Shown here: one piece after another, positions 28,822 to 39,422 of the stretch
How positions within the stretch are numbered: position 1 is the stretch's first letter
Layout of the letters: every line of letters begins with the position of its first letter
Assembly: GCF_030540545.1 (NCBI RefSeq)
Contig: NZ_JAUNVZ010000001.1
Coordinates: 290,130-354,129, forward strand
DNA length: 64,000 nt
Source of the DNA: Rothia sp. (in: high G+C Gram-positive bacteria)
GTDB lineage: Bacteria; Actinomycetota; Actinomycetes; Actinomycetales; Micrococcaceae
Reading direction: 5' to 3'
Program-made: the position numbers and the translations under genes
Notes under the pieces: model-generated
The model's input: only the letters and a program-made list of their open reading frames with translations
Database searches by the model: none
What the model was told of the DNA's origin: nothing

Positions 28822-29586
28822 TTAGAGAAGTTCCTGCTGCTCGCTCGGCTCCTGACACTGCGGCAGAGTATCCTTACGCGCCGCCGAAGAGAGAGCATAG
28901 AACCACTGAATATGCTCGCACACCCTCTCATAGGCGGTCTGCTCATCGCGGGCAACCACCGCCTCCAAAATACCGCGGTGCTGCTGCTGCAGAGTGCGCT
29001 TTACGCCCTGCCAATCTTCCAGCTGAGGCACAGCCTCCTGCACATAGCTCACGGTCGCCATATGCAGAGAATCGATCACGGTATCCAGTACGATATTGCC
29101 GCCCAGAGCCGAAAGCTCATAGTGGAAACGAGCATCGCAAAAATGGAAACGCTCATCGCTGACCTGCTCGCTATCCATCTCCGTCAAATGCTCCAGAGCG
29201 CGCGCAATGGCGGCACTACGCTCGGGAGAATCCTCAGCTAAAGCGGCGGCACGAGCAGCGCTACCCTCCAGCAGCAGACGGGTAGAGACCACATCCTGCA
29301 CAGGTAGGGAACGGGTGGCAATATGCATGCGCAGGGACCAGCTAATGGCATCGGTGGGTTCTGAAATAACAATCGCCCCCGACTTGGGGCCCGAACCGCT
29401 GGAGGAACGAATCAGACCCAGCGCGCTGAGAATATGCAGAGCCTCGCGCACCGATGGGCGAGAAATGCCGTATTTTTCCGCCAGGGCACGCTCTGAGGGT
29501 AGGCGGTCTCCCACCCGCAGCTCGCCCATGCGCAGGCGGCGTTCAAAAGTATCAAGAAGTAGCGAATAGCTACGATCTTGCATCAC
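28822..29586 (-). CDS. lldR: GntR/FadR-family lactate regulator (LldR/LutR-like)
   Basis: RLPSERALAE...SRPSVREAL winged HTH, FCD domain (DARFH); adjacent to lctP and lutABC. Confidence 0.8.
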   Translation of the reverse strand: MMQDRSYSLLLDTFERRLRMGELRVGDRLPSERALAEKYGISRPSVREALHILSALGLIRSSSGSGPKSGAIVISEPTDAISWSLRMHIATRSLPVQDVVSTRLLLEGSAARAAALAEDSPERSAAIARALEHLTEMDSEQVSDERFHFCDARFHYELSALGGNIVLDTVIDSLHMATVSYVQEAVPQLEDWQGVKRTLQQQHRGILEAVVARDEQTAYERVCEHIQWFYALSSAARKDTLPQCQEPSEQQELL

Positions 29587-29703
29587 GAGTCTTCACCCCT
29601 GAAATATGTCTGTGTGTATGACGGGAGGCGGCGCGCCACGTGCAATACGTAACGCGCCGCCTCCTACCCAAGCTCATTCAGCCGTGATTAGCTCAGATGA
29701 ACT

Positions 29704-31371
29704 TTAGGGAATCATGAAGTGCAGAACGTTGGTCTGCAGGAAGACCAGCGCACACACGACCACGAGCATTGCGAAGGACCAGGGAACGACAGCCTTGAAG
29801 ATGTCGGATTCCTTACCCTCCATGTCCACAGAGGTAGCTGCAATAGCCAGCGACTGCGGGGAGATCATCTTACCGACCACACCACCGGTGGTGTTAGCAG
29901 CAAGCATGAGCTCGGGGGTAGCACCGGTCACGCCAGCAGCGTGCAGAGTATCGGATGCGGAGACCTGCAGCTTGGAGAACAGCGCGTTTGCACTGGTGTC
30001 CGAACCGGTCACAGCGGTACCGATCCAACCCAGAGCCGGTGCCAGGAATGCGTAGGCAACACCCAGAGATGCCAGGAAGGTACCCATTGCAACGGTCTGA
30101 CCGGAGAGGTTCATGACGTATGCCAGGGCCAGCACGGATGCGATGGTCACAATGGTCCAGCGCATGCGGTGAACCACGGAGCCGAACTCGGTGAAGATAG
30201 CCGGGAACTTGAAGCCGTACTTACCGTTCTCGTTGAAGAAGAAGTAAATCACAGCAACAATCAGACCGGAGATAATCAGCAGAGTACCGGGGTTCGACAG
30301 CCAGGTGAACTTGTACTGGCCGGCAGACACAGCCTTACCGGTCTTATCAACCATGGCGTTAGCCAGGTCATCAATACGGTAGGTGACGGAGACCGAACCG
30401 AGGGTCTTCTTCAGTTCCTTCCAGAGGTTTGCAACACCGAAGATAGCAACCACGATCAGGTAGGGCAGAACAGCCATCCAGATACGAACTGCGGGCAGTT
30501 CTTCCTTCTTCTCGGAAGCAGCGGGCAGACCGTTACGCTCGCGAACACCCTCAATACCGCGCGGCTTCCATACCTGCAGGAAGAGCACAGCCACAGTCAT
30601 GGAAGCGATACATGCGACCACGTCGGTCAGGTTGTAAATAGCGGTAGAAGCGGTGAGCCACTGAGCTGCACCGAAGGAAATACCGATGACCAGAGCAGGC
30701 AGCCAAGCGTCCTTAACACCCTGAATGCCGTCGAGCACGAAGAGCAGCAGAACCGGAACGAAAATAGCCAGCAGGGGAGCCTGGTGACCAACGATGGTAG
30801 CAATCACCTGGGGATCCTTACCGCCAACCTGGCCAGCGGTATCGATCGGCACAGCAACTGCACCGAACGCCACCGGAGCGGTGTTTGCAATCAGCACGGC
30901 GGTTGCAGCCTTCAGGGGCTTAACGCCCAGAGCCAGAATCATGGTTGCGGTAATTGCCACGGGAGCACCGAAGCCAGCCAGTGCCTCCAGCAGACCACCG
31001 AAGCAGAAAGCAATCAGGATCGCCTGGATGCGCAGATCGCCACCGCCGAGAATATCGAAGGTGCGGCGCAGATCCTCAAAGCGACCGGAAAGAACGGTGA
31101 TCTGGTAGAACCAGATAGCACCCAAAATAACCCAGCAGATGACCAGACCGTGAACAGCACCAACGGTGGCACCGTATGCGGACAGACCCAGGGGCATGGT
31201 GAAGCCCACAACTGCGACCAGAATAGAAACAGCCAGTGCTACCAGCGCGGAAACGTGTGCGCGAGCCTTAACGCCCAGCAGCATCACGAAGAACGCCAGC
31301 AGCGGAATGGTAGCCACCAGAGCCGATAGGCCCAGGGAGTTACCCACCGCCTGAATATTTGCGGTGAACAT
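29704..31371 (-). CDS. lctP: L-lactate permease
   Basis: LEALAGFGAPVAI, NTAPVAFGAV, TGSDTSANALF, GKMISPQS motifs; start ATG 31371 after AAGGAGG. Confidence 0.93.
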   Translation of the reverse strand: MFTANIQAVGNSLGLSALVATIPLLAFFVMLLGVKARAHVSALVALAVSILVAVVGFTMPLGLSAYGATVGAVHGLVICWVILGAIWFYQITVLSGRFEDLRRTFDILGGGDLRIQAILIAFCFGGLLEALAGFGAPVAITATMILALGVKPLKAATAVLIANTAPVAFGAVAVPIDTAGQVGGKDPQVIATIVGHQAPLLAIFVPVLLLFVLDGIQGVKDAWLPALVIGISFGAAQWLTASTAIYNLTDVVACIASMTVAVLFLQVWKPRGIEGVRERNGLPAASEKKEELPAVRIWMAVLPYLIVVAIFGVANLWKELKKTLGSVSVTYRIDDLANAMVDKTGKAVSAGQYKFTWLSNPGTLLIISGLIVAVIYFFFNENGKYGFKFPAIFTEFGSVVHRMRWTIVTIASVLALAYVMNLSGQTVAMGTFLASLGVAYAFLAPALGWIGTAVTGSDTSANALFSKLQVSASDTLHAAGVTGATPELMLAANTTGGVVGKMISPQSLAIAATSVDMEGKESDIFKAVVPWSFAMLVVVCALVFLQTNVLHFMIP

Positions 31372-31475
31372 ATCCGCCCTCCTTGGTTCGGAAGAATTGT
31401 CAATGAATTTGATCCGGTACCTCATGAGCCGAACTGTGGCTGTGCGCCCGTGGCGCAGGAACAGTATCGGGCATG

Positions 31476-31486
31476 TGGTAAGACCA
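31476..31486. promoter_or_regulatory. LldR/FadR-family operator 1
   Basis: TGGTAAGACCA, about 105 bp upstream of lctP. Confidence 0.7.
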
Positions 31487-31635
31487 ATATGTGTTACCTG
31501 TACCTTACGTGATGAGCTGCGCAGAGTTCAAGCTCGAGAGAGCATGGATTAGGGCGTTTTAGGGGCTTTAAGAGGGCAGAATGCTCGGGGAGTGTGGGCT
31601 GAAATACCCCGTATTCCTTGAATTCTCGGGCTCTA

Positions 31636-31646
31636 TGGTCTGACCA
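31636..31646. promoter_or_regulatory. LldR/FadR-family operator 2
   Basis: TGGTCTGACCA, matching the corynebacterial LldR consensus. Confidence 0.8.
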
Positions 31647-32391
31647 TTAGCCATGCAGAACATCAATGTGTCAAAACATGAAAATTCTCCCGGATTAAGC
31701 GCCGCCTGAGTGGGAAGGCGAGGGACAGCTCTTCGCGATGGGGGCCTTGATGAGCTGCCGGTATCCGATCTGAGCTGACTCTGGGTGTGGGTGGAAGTGG
31801 GTGGTGAGCGTATATCTATACGCCTCGAAGGGATGTTGGGTGCCGGCGTGTCGCCCTAGGGTGTATAAGATTGCTTACGTTATGAGCTGAGAGTGAATAG
31901 GTGTAACGGCAAGTATGCGATGCGCCTAGATGGGTGCAGCTCGGAAGAATCTGGAATGGTCGTTGTGTTTGCACCCCGTTGACAGAGAGGTCACGGTGAC
32001 TCTAAGTAGCCCTGACTAGGGGATACACCTGTTTCCCGTAATACGTGCACCATATAAAGAGTGTGGTTAGTAAGTGTCGCACAATCTGCATCTGAAGCGC
32101 AGACGGTGAAATATGAAATGACTTAACTAAAAACTAAGGTATACCTTGTAATAATTTCATTAAAAAATTATGCGTTATTTCAATTCAGTTTTTAGAGCTT
32201 TGAAAAGCTAAAATAGTGTCAAAGACAAAAACCTCACACGCGGCTCCACCACCAGAAGGAACATAGCGTACCGCAGATGCCCGGGGCAGGCGCCACAAGC
32301 GCTCACTTCCCACATATTTCCCCGGCACTCGCACCACTGATACGTACGCATCAGGTGCCGGAACCGCACTAAATACAGGAAGGACGGCATC

Positions 32392-33180
32392 ATGCGTATT
32401 GCACTTTTCTCCACGTGCATTGTTGATGGCATGTACCCCCGCACCGCTCGTGCGACCGTCGAAATTCTCGAACGTCTCGGCCACGAGGTTGTTTACCCTC
32501 CCGGTCAGACCTGCTGCTCCCAGATGCACGTAAACTCCGGCTACTTTGATGACGCATACCCGGTTGTGAAGAACCACGTTGAGTCCTTCTCCGACTGGGA
32601 CTGGGATGTAGCTGTTGCTCCCTCCGGTTCCTGCGTGGCATCCCTGCGCCACCAGCAGGCAATGATTGCTCGCCGCGCGGGCGATGAAGCTCTGGCTATT
32701 AAAGCTGAGCAGATCGCTGCACGTACCTTCGAGCTCTCCAACCTGCTGATCGACATTCTGGGCATTACCGACGCAGCCGCTCAGCTGGGCTCCTACTTCC
32801 CCGAGCACGTGACCTACCACAGCTCCTGCCACGGTATGCGCATGCTGGGTCTGGGCACCCGCCAGCAGGATCTGCTCAAGACCGTTGAGGGTCTGAAGTA
32901 CACCGAGCTGGAAGGCCTGGATCAGTGCTGCGGCTTCGGCGGTACCTTCTCCTTTAAGAACTCCGACGTTTCCGGTGCAATGGTCAACGACAAGGCCGAC
33001 GCTGTGGAAGCAACCGGCGCATCCGTATGCTCCGGCGGCGACTGCTCCTGCCTGATGAACATTGGCGGCGCGCTTTCCCGCCGTGACTCCGAGGTTCAGA
33101 CCATTCACTTCGCTGAAATCCTCGCATCCACCAAGGAAAACCCGCTGGTTATCACTGGCCCGGTTCAGCTGGCTAACTAA
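32392..33180 (+). CDS. lutA: Lactate utilization Fe-S protein A
   Basis: CCG domains: FSTCIVD, QTCCSQ, SGSCV, YHSSCHG, QCCGFGGTFS, DCSCLMNI. Confidence 0.93.
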   Translation: MRIALFSTCIVDGMYPRTARATVEILERLGHEVVYPPGQTCCSQMHVNSGYFDDAYPVVKNHVESFSDWDWDVAVAPSGSCVASLRHQQAMIARRAGDEALAIKAEQIAARTFELSNLLIDILGITDAAAQLGSYFPEHVTYHSSCHGMRMLGLGTRQQDLLKTVEGLKYTELEGLDQCCGFGGTFSFKNSDVSGAMVNDKADAVEATGASVCSGGDCSCLMNIGGALSRRDSEVQTIHFAEILASTKENPLVITGPVQLAN

Positions 33181-33197
33181 GACTTCAAGGACTAATC

Positions 33198-34886
33198 ATG
33201 ACTTCTATTCAGCTTGGTATGCCCAAGGTCGTCAGCTACGGCGAGGGCAATATTTTTGAAGAGATCCCCTTCCCCAAGTACGCGAAGGAAGAGCTCAAGA
33301 ACGAGCAGCTGCGCAATAACCTGCGTTTCGTAACCCACGCAATCCGTGGCAAGCGCTCCAAGGTTACCGCAGAGCTGCCCGACTGGCAGGAACTGCGCAC
33401 CACCGGTGAACAGACCAAGAACTACGTGCTGGCTCACCTGCCCGAACTGCTCGAAGAGTTCGAGCGTAACTTCACCGCTCGCGGCGGTCACGTGCACTGG
33501 GCACGCGATGCACACGAAGCAAACCAGATTGCTCTGGATCTGATTCGCGCCGAGGGCGTGGACGAAATCATTAAGATTAAGTCCATGGCAACCGCAGAAA
33601 CCGGTCTGAACGAGTTCCTGGAAGAGAACGGCATTAACGCCATCGAGACCGACCTCGCGGAAGAAATCGTGCAGCTGGGTGAGGACCGCCCCTCGCACAT
33701 TCTGGTGCCCGCAATTCACCGCAACCGCCGCGAAATCCGCGATATCTTCGTCAAGAAGATTGAGGGTATTAACCCCGATATTAGCGATGAGCCCGCAGAG
33801 CTGGCTGAGGCATCCCGCAACCGTCTGCGCGAGAAGTTCCTCTCCACCAAGGTTGCTGTCTCCGGTGTGAACTTCGGTATTGCCGAGACCGGTACCATGA
33901 CCATCGTGGAGTCCGAGGGTAACGGCCGTATGTGCCTGACCCTGCCCGATACCCTGATTTCCTTCATGGGTATTGAGAAGCTGCTGCCCACCTTCCAGGA
34001 CTACGAGACCTTCCTGCAGCTGCTGCCCCGCTCCTCCACCGGTGAGCGCATGAACCCCTACACCTCCATGTGGACCGGTGTTACCCCGGGCGATGGCCCC
34101 CAGAACCTGCACGTGATCCTGATCGATAACGGTCGTACCGCTGTGCTGGCTGATGAGCTGGGTCGTCAGGCTCTGCGCTGCATCCGCTGCTCGGCATGTA
34201 TGAACGTATGCCCCGTGTACGAACGCGCAGGCGGTCACGCTTACGGTTCGACCTACCCGGGCCCGATTGGCGCTATCCTCTCCCCGCAGCTCTCCGGTAT
34301 TGAGGCTGCACACAATAACTCCCTGCCCTACGCATCCTCCCTCTGTGGCGCATGCTACGAGGTCTGCCCCGTGAAGATTAACTTCCCCGAGGTGCTGGTG
34401 CACCTGCGCAGCAAGGATGTTGACTCCAAGAAGGCAGTGGGCGAGTTCGCCGGCAATAAGAAGGCTGCTCCCACCCAGATGGACGCCATGATGTACGGTG
34501 CGAAGAAGCTCTTCTCCTCCGGCAAGATGATGTCCCTGGCTGAGAAGGGTCTGCCCATGTCTCGCCTGATCACCGGCAAGAAGCACAAGATTTCTAAGCT
34601 GCCCGGTATTGTCTCCGGTTGGACCGACTACCGCGATATCCCCGAGCCGCCCAAGGAATCCTTCCGCAACTGGTGGAAGAAGGAGAAGGCGGGTGCTCCG
34701 GCACGCGATACCGCTGCGCGCGTGGATATTGACGCTCTGATTGCCGCTAATAAGGGCAAGCTGGAAGAGCTGCACGCTAACGCTGCTAAGGCTCAGGGCG
34801 AAGAATCCCTGACCGCCGCTAATGATGCTAAGGTTGCCAAGCTGGCTGCTGAGGCGAAGACCGCAAGCACTAAGGAGAACGCATAA
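33198..34886 (+). CDS. lutB: Lactate utilization Fe-S protein B
   Basis: KIKSMATAE, ETDLAEEI, ESEGNGR, CIRCSACMNVCPVY, SSLCGACYEVCPVKI. Confidence 0.94.
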   Translation: MTSIQLGMPKVVSYGEGNIFEEIPFPKYAKEELKNEQLRNNLRFVTHAIRGKRSKVTAELPDWQELRTTGEQTKNYVLAHLPELLEEFERNFTARGGHVHWARDAHEANQIALDLIRAEGVDEIIKIKSMATAETGLNEFLEENGINAIETDLAEEIVQLGEDRPSHILVPAIHRNRREIRDIFVKKIEGINPDISDEPAELAEASRNRLREKFLSTKVAVSGVNFGIAETGTMTIVESEGNGRMCLTLPDTLISFMGIEKLLPTFQDYETFLQLLPRSSTGERMNPYTSMWTGVTPGDGPQNLHVILIDNGRTAVLADELGRQALRCIRCSACMNVCPVYERAGGHAYGSTYPGPIGAILSPQLSGIEAAHNNSLPYASSLCGACYEVCPVKINFPEVLVHLRSKDVDSKKAVGEFAGNKKAAPTQMDAMMYGAKKLFSSGKMMSLAEKGLPMSRLITGKKHKISKLPGIVSGWTDYRDIPEPPKESFRNWWKKEKAGAPARDTAARVDIDALIAANKGKLEELHANAAKAQGEESLTAANDAKVAKLAAEAKTASTKENA

Positions 34887-35527
34887 TGTCTGATGCTAAG
34901 TCCGTTATCCTGGGCCGTATCCGTTCGGCACTCTCCGATGGTTTCACCGCCCCCGAGCCGGTACGTAACTACCGTCGCGTGAGCCAGATTAGCCAGGAAG
35001 ACACCATTGAAATGCTGATCGATCGTCTGATCGACTACAAGGCGAATGTTTTCCAGGCAACCGAAGACACCCTGGCTTCTGTGATTGCTGAGCGCCTGGG
35101 CGAGAAGTCCACCTACGTGATTCCCGTGGGTCTGAAGGACTCCTGGCTGCCGGCTGATACCGCTGATCGTAAGCGCGTGGTGGACTCCGGTAGCACCCTG
35201 AAGGAGCACGCTCTGAGCCACCGTGAGCTGGATGAGGTGGATGCTGTGGTGACCTCCTCTACCGTCTCTTGCGCTGAGACCGGCACCATTTTCCTGAACT
35301 CCAATCCGGATGAGGGTCGCCGCGCGATCTCTCTGGTTCCCGACCACCACATTTGCGTGGTGTCTCGCGATTCCGTGGTTGAGTTGGTGCCCGAAGCTAT
35401 TGAGCGCATTACCTATGAGCGCCCGGTGACCATGATCTCCGGTCCTTCCGCAACCAGTGATATTGAGCTGATTCGCGTGGAGGGCGTGCACGGCCCGCGT
35501 ACTCTGGATGTCATTATCCTGAACTAA
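34886..35527 (+). CDS. lutC: Lactate utilization protein C
   Basis: AETGT, GRRAISLVP, ISGPSATSDIELIRVEGVHGPRTL. Confidence 0.93.
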   Translation: MSDAKSVILGRIRSALSDGFTAPEPVRNYRRVSQISQEDTIEMLIDRLIDYKANVFQATEDTLASVIAERLGEKSTYVIPVGLKDSWLPADTADRKRVVDSGSTLKEHALSHRELDEVDAVVTSSTVSCAETGTIFLNSNPDEGRRAISLVPDHHICVVSRDSVVELVPEAIERITYERPVTMISGPSATSDIELIRVEGVHGPRTLDVIILN

Positions 35528-35557
35528 ATAGAGCACTGGCCCGATTCAGCGGCTAAT

Positions 35558-35610
35558 AGAAGGGGGGGGTGGCCCGGTGAGTGTAATACTCACCGGGCCA
35601 CCCCCCTTCT
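35558..35610. terminator. Terminator after lutABC
   Basis: GGGGTGGCCCGGTGAGT...ACTCACCGGGCCACCCC inverted repeat. Confidence 0.75.
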
Positions 35611-35717
35611 GAGCGGAAGTGGCTTTTCCTTCGCCCGCCCATGCAGATAGACGGGCCAAAGGAGTGCCTTTCAACGGTGCGGTGTGTGCACGCACCGAAG
35701 ACTATATATCTAAGCCC

Positions 35718-37277
35718 TTAGACACGAGCGTCGAAGTGCTGCAGACCCGAATCCTCGCGGCTGCCGCCCTGACCATCGCCCTGCTCGGCGTAGTCGTGAA
35801 TCCACTCGACCTTCTGAACCCACTTGACCATCTTGTAACCGTGCATGGAGTCCGCACGCAGACGCAGGGGACCGCCGTAGACATCCGGCAGGGGCTTATC
35901 GTTCATGCCCCAGGCGAGAATGGTCTCATCCTCCATAGCCATGGAGATATCCAGGCACTCGTAGTAGGGTTCGGTCGGGCGACCGTCGTAGGTATGACCC
36001 ACGTGGCCGAAGGAGGTGATCATGACGTACTTAGCCTCAGGCTTCTTCTCCACCAGAGCCAGCACATCGCGCAGACGCACGCCCTCCCACTTAGCAATAC
36101 CGGTCCAACCCTGCATACAGGTGTGCATGGTGATATTGGTTTCCTTGCCCAGAGCCTTCAGCTCGTCAATGGAGAGGGAAACAGGCTGATCGACCAGACC
36201 GCCCACCTCCAGGCGGTAGTCCACGAAGTTCTGTTCCTTCAGGCGGTTCCACTCAGTGCTCTCACGCTCCGTGGGCGGACGGGTGTTAACCCAGTGGAAG
36301 GGCGAAATATCAGCCTCGGTAAAGGCCTTCTTTGCTACCTGCTTGGACTTGATCAGGTCGAAGGTGAAGGAACGGATCGGGTTGGTCAGGCCCCAGATGA
36401 AGGTCTGGGTGAAGCGCGGGTTGCGCAGCGACCAGTAGGATGCTGCCAGCCACAGGACTACGCCGCCAACCATGCCCAGGATCAGCATGGTCACTGCCTG
36501 AGCAAATTCGGCCGCGCTGACCTCGTTGTAGGGCTTGTTGAGCATCATGTGCGCAATATTGTATTGCGGGTGAACCACGAACACCAGAGCCACGTGAACC
36601 AGGGAGAAGAACAGGTAGAACGCCATACCCAGGAAGTGGATGGAACGTGCGGTCTGACGGTTGCGGAAGAGCTTCACGTAGCCGGGGAAACGGCCGCAGA
36701 AAGCCGGGCTCATAATCGGGCCGGTTGCAATCATCAGCGGAGCCACAATGAAGACCACGGTAAAGTACATGAGCTTCTGCAGTGCATCATAGGGCTGGAA
36801 ATGCTCAATGGAAGGAATCTGCAGACCCGCATAAATGGTGATGGATTCCCATGCCTCGGGGAAGATATCCCAGGAGGTGGGGACAATACGGCGCCACTGG
36901 CCGGTAGCAAAGAGCAGGGTCACGTACACGAAGCCGTTGACCAGCCAGATGCAGGTGACCAGTGCGTGCCAGGCTCGACCCAAACCAATCTTGGCGTTAC
37001 CGGGCAGAGAAATCAGGGGAGAGAGGCTGCGCTGATCGTCGCGGGCGGTGAATTCACCGGGGACGGTAGAGACCTTGTCCTTGGTGAACTTAATCCACTC
37101 GGAGCCGGGGGTACAGTGGTTATTCCAATAGAAGCGCGGGTGCGAAGCGATAATCTCCCAGCCGGAACGAATCAGCAGACCCATCATCAGAAAGTTGATG
37201 AAGTGGGTAATGCGAAGCCAAGCGGGAAAGTCCAACTCAACGCCACCGCTACTCATCATTAAGAGAGTGGTATGCAT
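35718..37277 (-). CDS. Fused cytochrome b / molybdopterin oxidoreductase (sulfite-oxidase family, MsrPQ-like)
   Basis: N-terminal di-heme cytb His motifs (RITHFIN, WHAL, RSIHF), then HTCMQGW, YGGPLRL, GYKMVKWV. Confidence 0.8.
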   Translation of the reverse strand: MHTTLLMMSSGGVELDFPAWLRITHFINFLMMGLLIRSGWEIIASHPRFYWNNHCTPGSEWIKFTKDKVSTVPGEFTARDDQRSLSPLISLPGNAKIGLGRAWHALVTCIWLVNGFVYVTLLFATGQWRRIVPTSWDIFPEAWESITIYAGLQIPSIEHFQPYDALQKLMYFTVVFIVAPLMIATGPIMSPAFCGRFPGYVKLFRNRQTARSIHFLGMAFYLFFSLVHVALVFVVHPQYNIAHMMLNKPYNEVSAAEFAQAVTMLILGMVGGVVLWLAASYWSLRNPRFTQTFIWGLTNPIRSFTFDLIKSKQVAKKAFTEADISPFHWVNTRPPTERESTEWNRLKEQNFVDYRLEVGGLVDQPVSLSIDELKALGKETNITMHTCMQGWTGIAKWEGVRLRDVLALVEKKPEAKYVMITSFGHVGHTYDGRPTEPYYECLDISMAMEDETILAWGMNDKPLPDVYGGPLRLRADSMHGYKMVKWVQKVEWIHDYAEQGDGQGGSREDSGLQHFDARV

Positions 37278-37767
37278 GGCTTGTCCTTCATATATATGCA
37301 GTATTGTGTGTGCCCGCGCCGGTTTCTACGCCTTGGTCGGGTCTTGATGACGGGTAGTCAGACAAGCCTTATAAAATTTGCATCAACCGTGCGGGTTTAT
37401 ACTTCCATCATAGCTTTTTTCTTAGCTTTTGCAAAAGATAAAGGGCTGTGACACGCCGTCACTAAGAAAAAATTTTGGGCTGTTTTAGCCCGGAATTTAG
37501 GGGAAGCTTCCACGTAGTGGTAACCATTTCTCTCGTCACATATTCGGCACTATAGCAGTTAGAATGACCTTTTCTCGGATTCGCCCCGGAATAGTGCTTT
37601 TGTGGTTTCTGACCCTAAGGCTTAAACGTAAAATCTATCTTTTGTAAGAATGTCCATTGGACGCCCGCAAAGAGATAAGGTGTATATACACTGAATATAT
37701 ATAAGGGTTAGTTAAACACAAAGCCCCCGCAACGAGTGCGGGGGCCTAAACACTATAGAAGGCTTTT

Positions 37768-39195
37768 CTAGGACGTGCTCTTCTGAGACTCAGCAGAGTC
37801 TTCCAGTAACTGAGAGCCATCCCGAGACCCAATCTCAGAGGCCGCAGATTTGAGCTCAACCACCGGAATCATACCGGTGCTCAGCTTAACCTCGGAGTTC
37901 TTCTTCGCTTTCAGAGCGGCAATCTGCTCCCTACGGCTGGGGGCGGAGGCGCTCGCTGCCTGCGCGGGCAACAGACGGTTAATCGCAGCCGCCCACAGCG
38001 GGAAGAGCAGCACCGTCATCGCGCCACCGGCAACCAGCAGGGAGGCGGTTTGATCCTTCATCAGATCCGAGGCAGTGGCAACAGAGGTCACCGCCACAAT
38101 AATCGGCAGACCAGCCGCCGAATACAGAGCCAACTGGGCGCGCTCATTCTTAGTCTCCAAACCGGAACCGGTATTAAAGAACATTTCCGCCACAAAAACA
38201 GGCAGACCGCGCACCAGCAGGATACCAATCACCACGGCAATAAGACCCAGGGGATTAGCCGTAACCGCCGCAGGATTAATACCCATGCCACTGACCACAA
38301 AGAACAGCGGAATCAAAAAGCTAAAACCGGCGGTCTCCAGACGGCGAGTTACCAGGTGCAGGGCGCTTCCGGGAGTCAGAGAACGCAGAATAATACCCGC
38401 AGCAAAGGCGCCCAGAACCGCATCCAAATTAAAGAGCGCAGTACACATGGTGAGGGCGCCCAGCAGAAGCATTGCCAGGCGCAGCACCGTCTGACCGGTG
38501 GTATTCGCCTCGGCAGCAATCAGAGCCCGCAAACCCGGAATACGAGTAAAAAGATGATGGGGCACCAGGGCGGTAATAATCGCAATCGCCATAAATGCCA
38601 GCAGAATCAGCAAAGCCGCACCCGGAGAGTGAGAAGAAAGCAGCAGGGACATGGCGAAAATCGGGAATAGCTCACCCACGGCGCCCTGCAGAAGCACCGC
38701 ATTACCCACGCGTGTACCGGCGGCACCATTGGACTTGAGCATGGGCAGCAGAGTGCCCAGTGCCGTGGAGCTTAGCGCCACAGCAATCGCCACATAGGTG
38801 TACACATTCATGGCGAAACCCGTAATGCTTGCCGCACCCAGCAGACCCAGACTGAAACACACAAACCAAGTCAGTACCGCGCTACCGCCCTGACGGCTAC
38901 GCAGAGATTGAGCGTTAATCTCAAAACCCGCAATGAGGAAGAGCATACCCAGACCCAATTCCTTCAGCAGGGGAATACCACCCTGAGTGCCCGCAAGATT
39001 CAAAACATTCGGGCCGATGAGCATACCAAAAAGCAGCAGGAAGACCACATCGGGAATACGTTTACGCAGCAGGCGCGAGAGTAGGGGCGAGATAAACGCC
39101 GCTAAGGTAATCCAGAAAATGGAGACGTACTGGGCGCTCTCGGCGAGGGCAGAGTGTTCGCTAGCTAGAAGAATAGTCTCGGAAGATATCAGCAT
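37768..39195 (-). CDS. Cation:proton antiporter (CPA2 family)
   Basis: ELGLGMLFLIAGFEI, STALGTLLPML, LGAFAAG, FLIPLFFVVSG; likely start ATG 39195. Confidence 0.85.
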   Translation of the reverse strand: MLISSETILLASEHSALAESAQYVSIFWITLAAFISPLLSRLLRKRIPDVVFLLLFGMLIGPNVLNLAGTQGGIPLLKELGLGMLFLIAGFEINAQSLRSRQGGSAVLTWFVCFSLGLLGAASITGFAMNVYTYVAIAVALSSTALGTLLPMLKSNGAAGTRVGNAVLLQGAVGELFPIFAMSLLLSSHSPGAALLILLAFMAIAIITALVPHHLFTRIPGLRALIAAEANTTGQTVLRLAMLLLGALTMCTALFNLDAVLGAFAAGIILRSLTPGSALHLVTRRLETAGFSFLIPLFFVVSGMGINPAAVTANPLGLIAVVIGILLVRGLPVFVAEMFFNTGSGLETKNERAQLALYSAAGLPIIVAVTSVATASDLMKDQTASLLVAGGAMTVLLFPLWAAAINRLLPAQAASASAPSRREQIAALKAKKNSEVKLSTGMIPVVELKSAASEIGSRDGSQLLEDSAESQKSTS

Positions 39196-39422
39196 AAAAA
39201 CGGCTTGAGATAGACGATCGGGGTGCCGTACACCCCGTAGAATCACAGCGCACAGCCCCGAAATAGTGGGGCGGGTGCGGCGAAAAAGGTACCCTCCAGT
39301 ATCTCATAATCATTCTCAGCAGCTGAAAAGGATAGCCTCTATAGTGTGTAGCGGCACCTCGGGCGCTGATAGACCCGCTAAACTAGAAGAACCACTCGCC
39401 TCACCGACGCTAAGGAGCAATC

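Noticed and set aside
35561-35570. Poly-G run in the hairpin after lutC
   Set aside because: Non-coding terminator arm; no reading-frame consequence
37278-37767. Possible Moco riboswitch or CRP site (TGTGACACGCCGTCAC) upstream of the molybdoenzyme
   Set aside because: No Moco RNA consensus seen, and the palindrome spacing does not fit TGTGA-N6-TCACA
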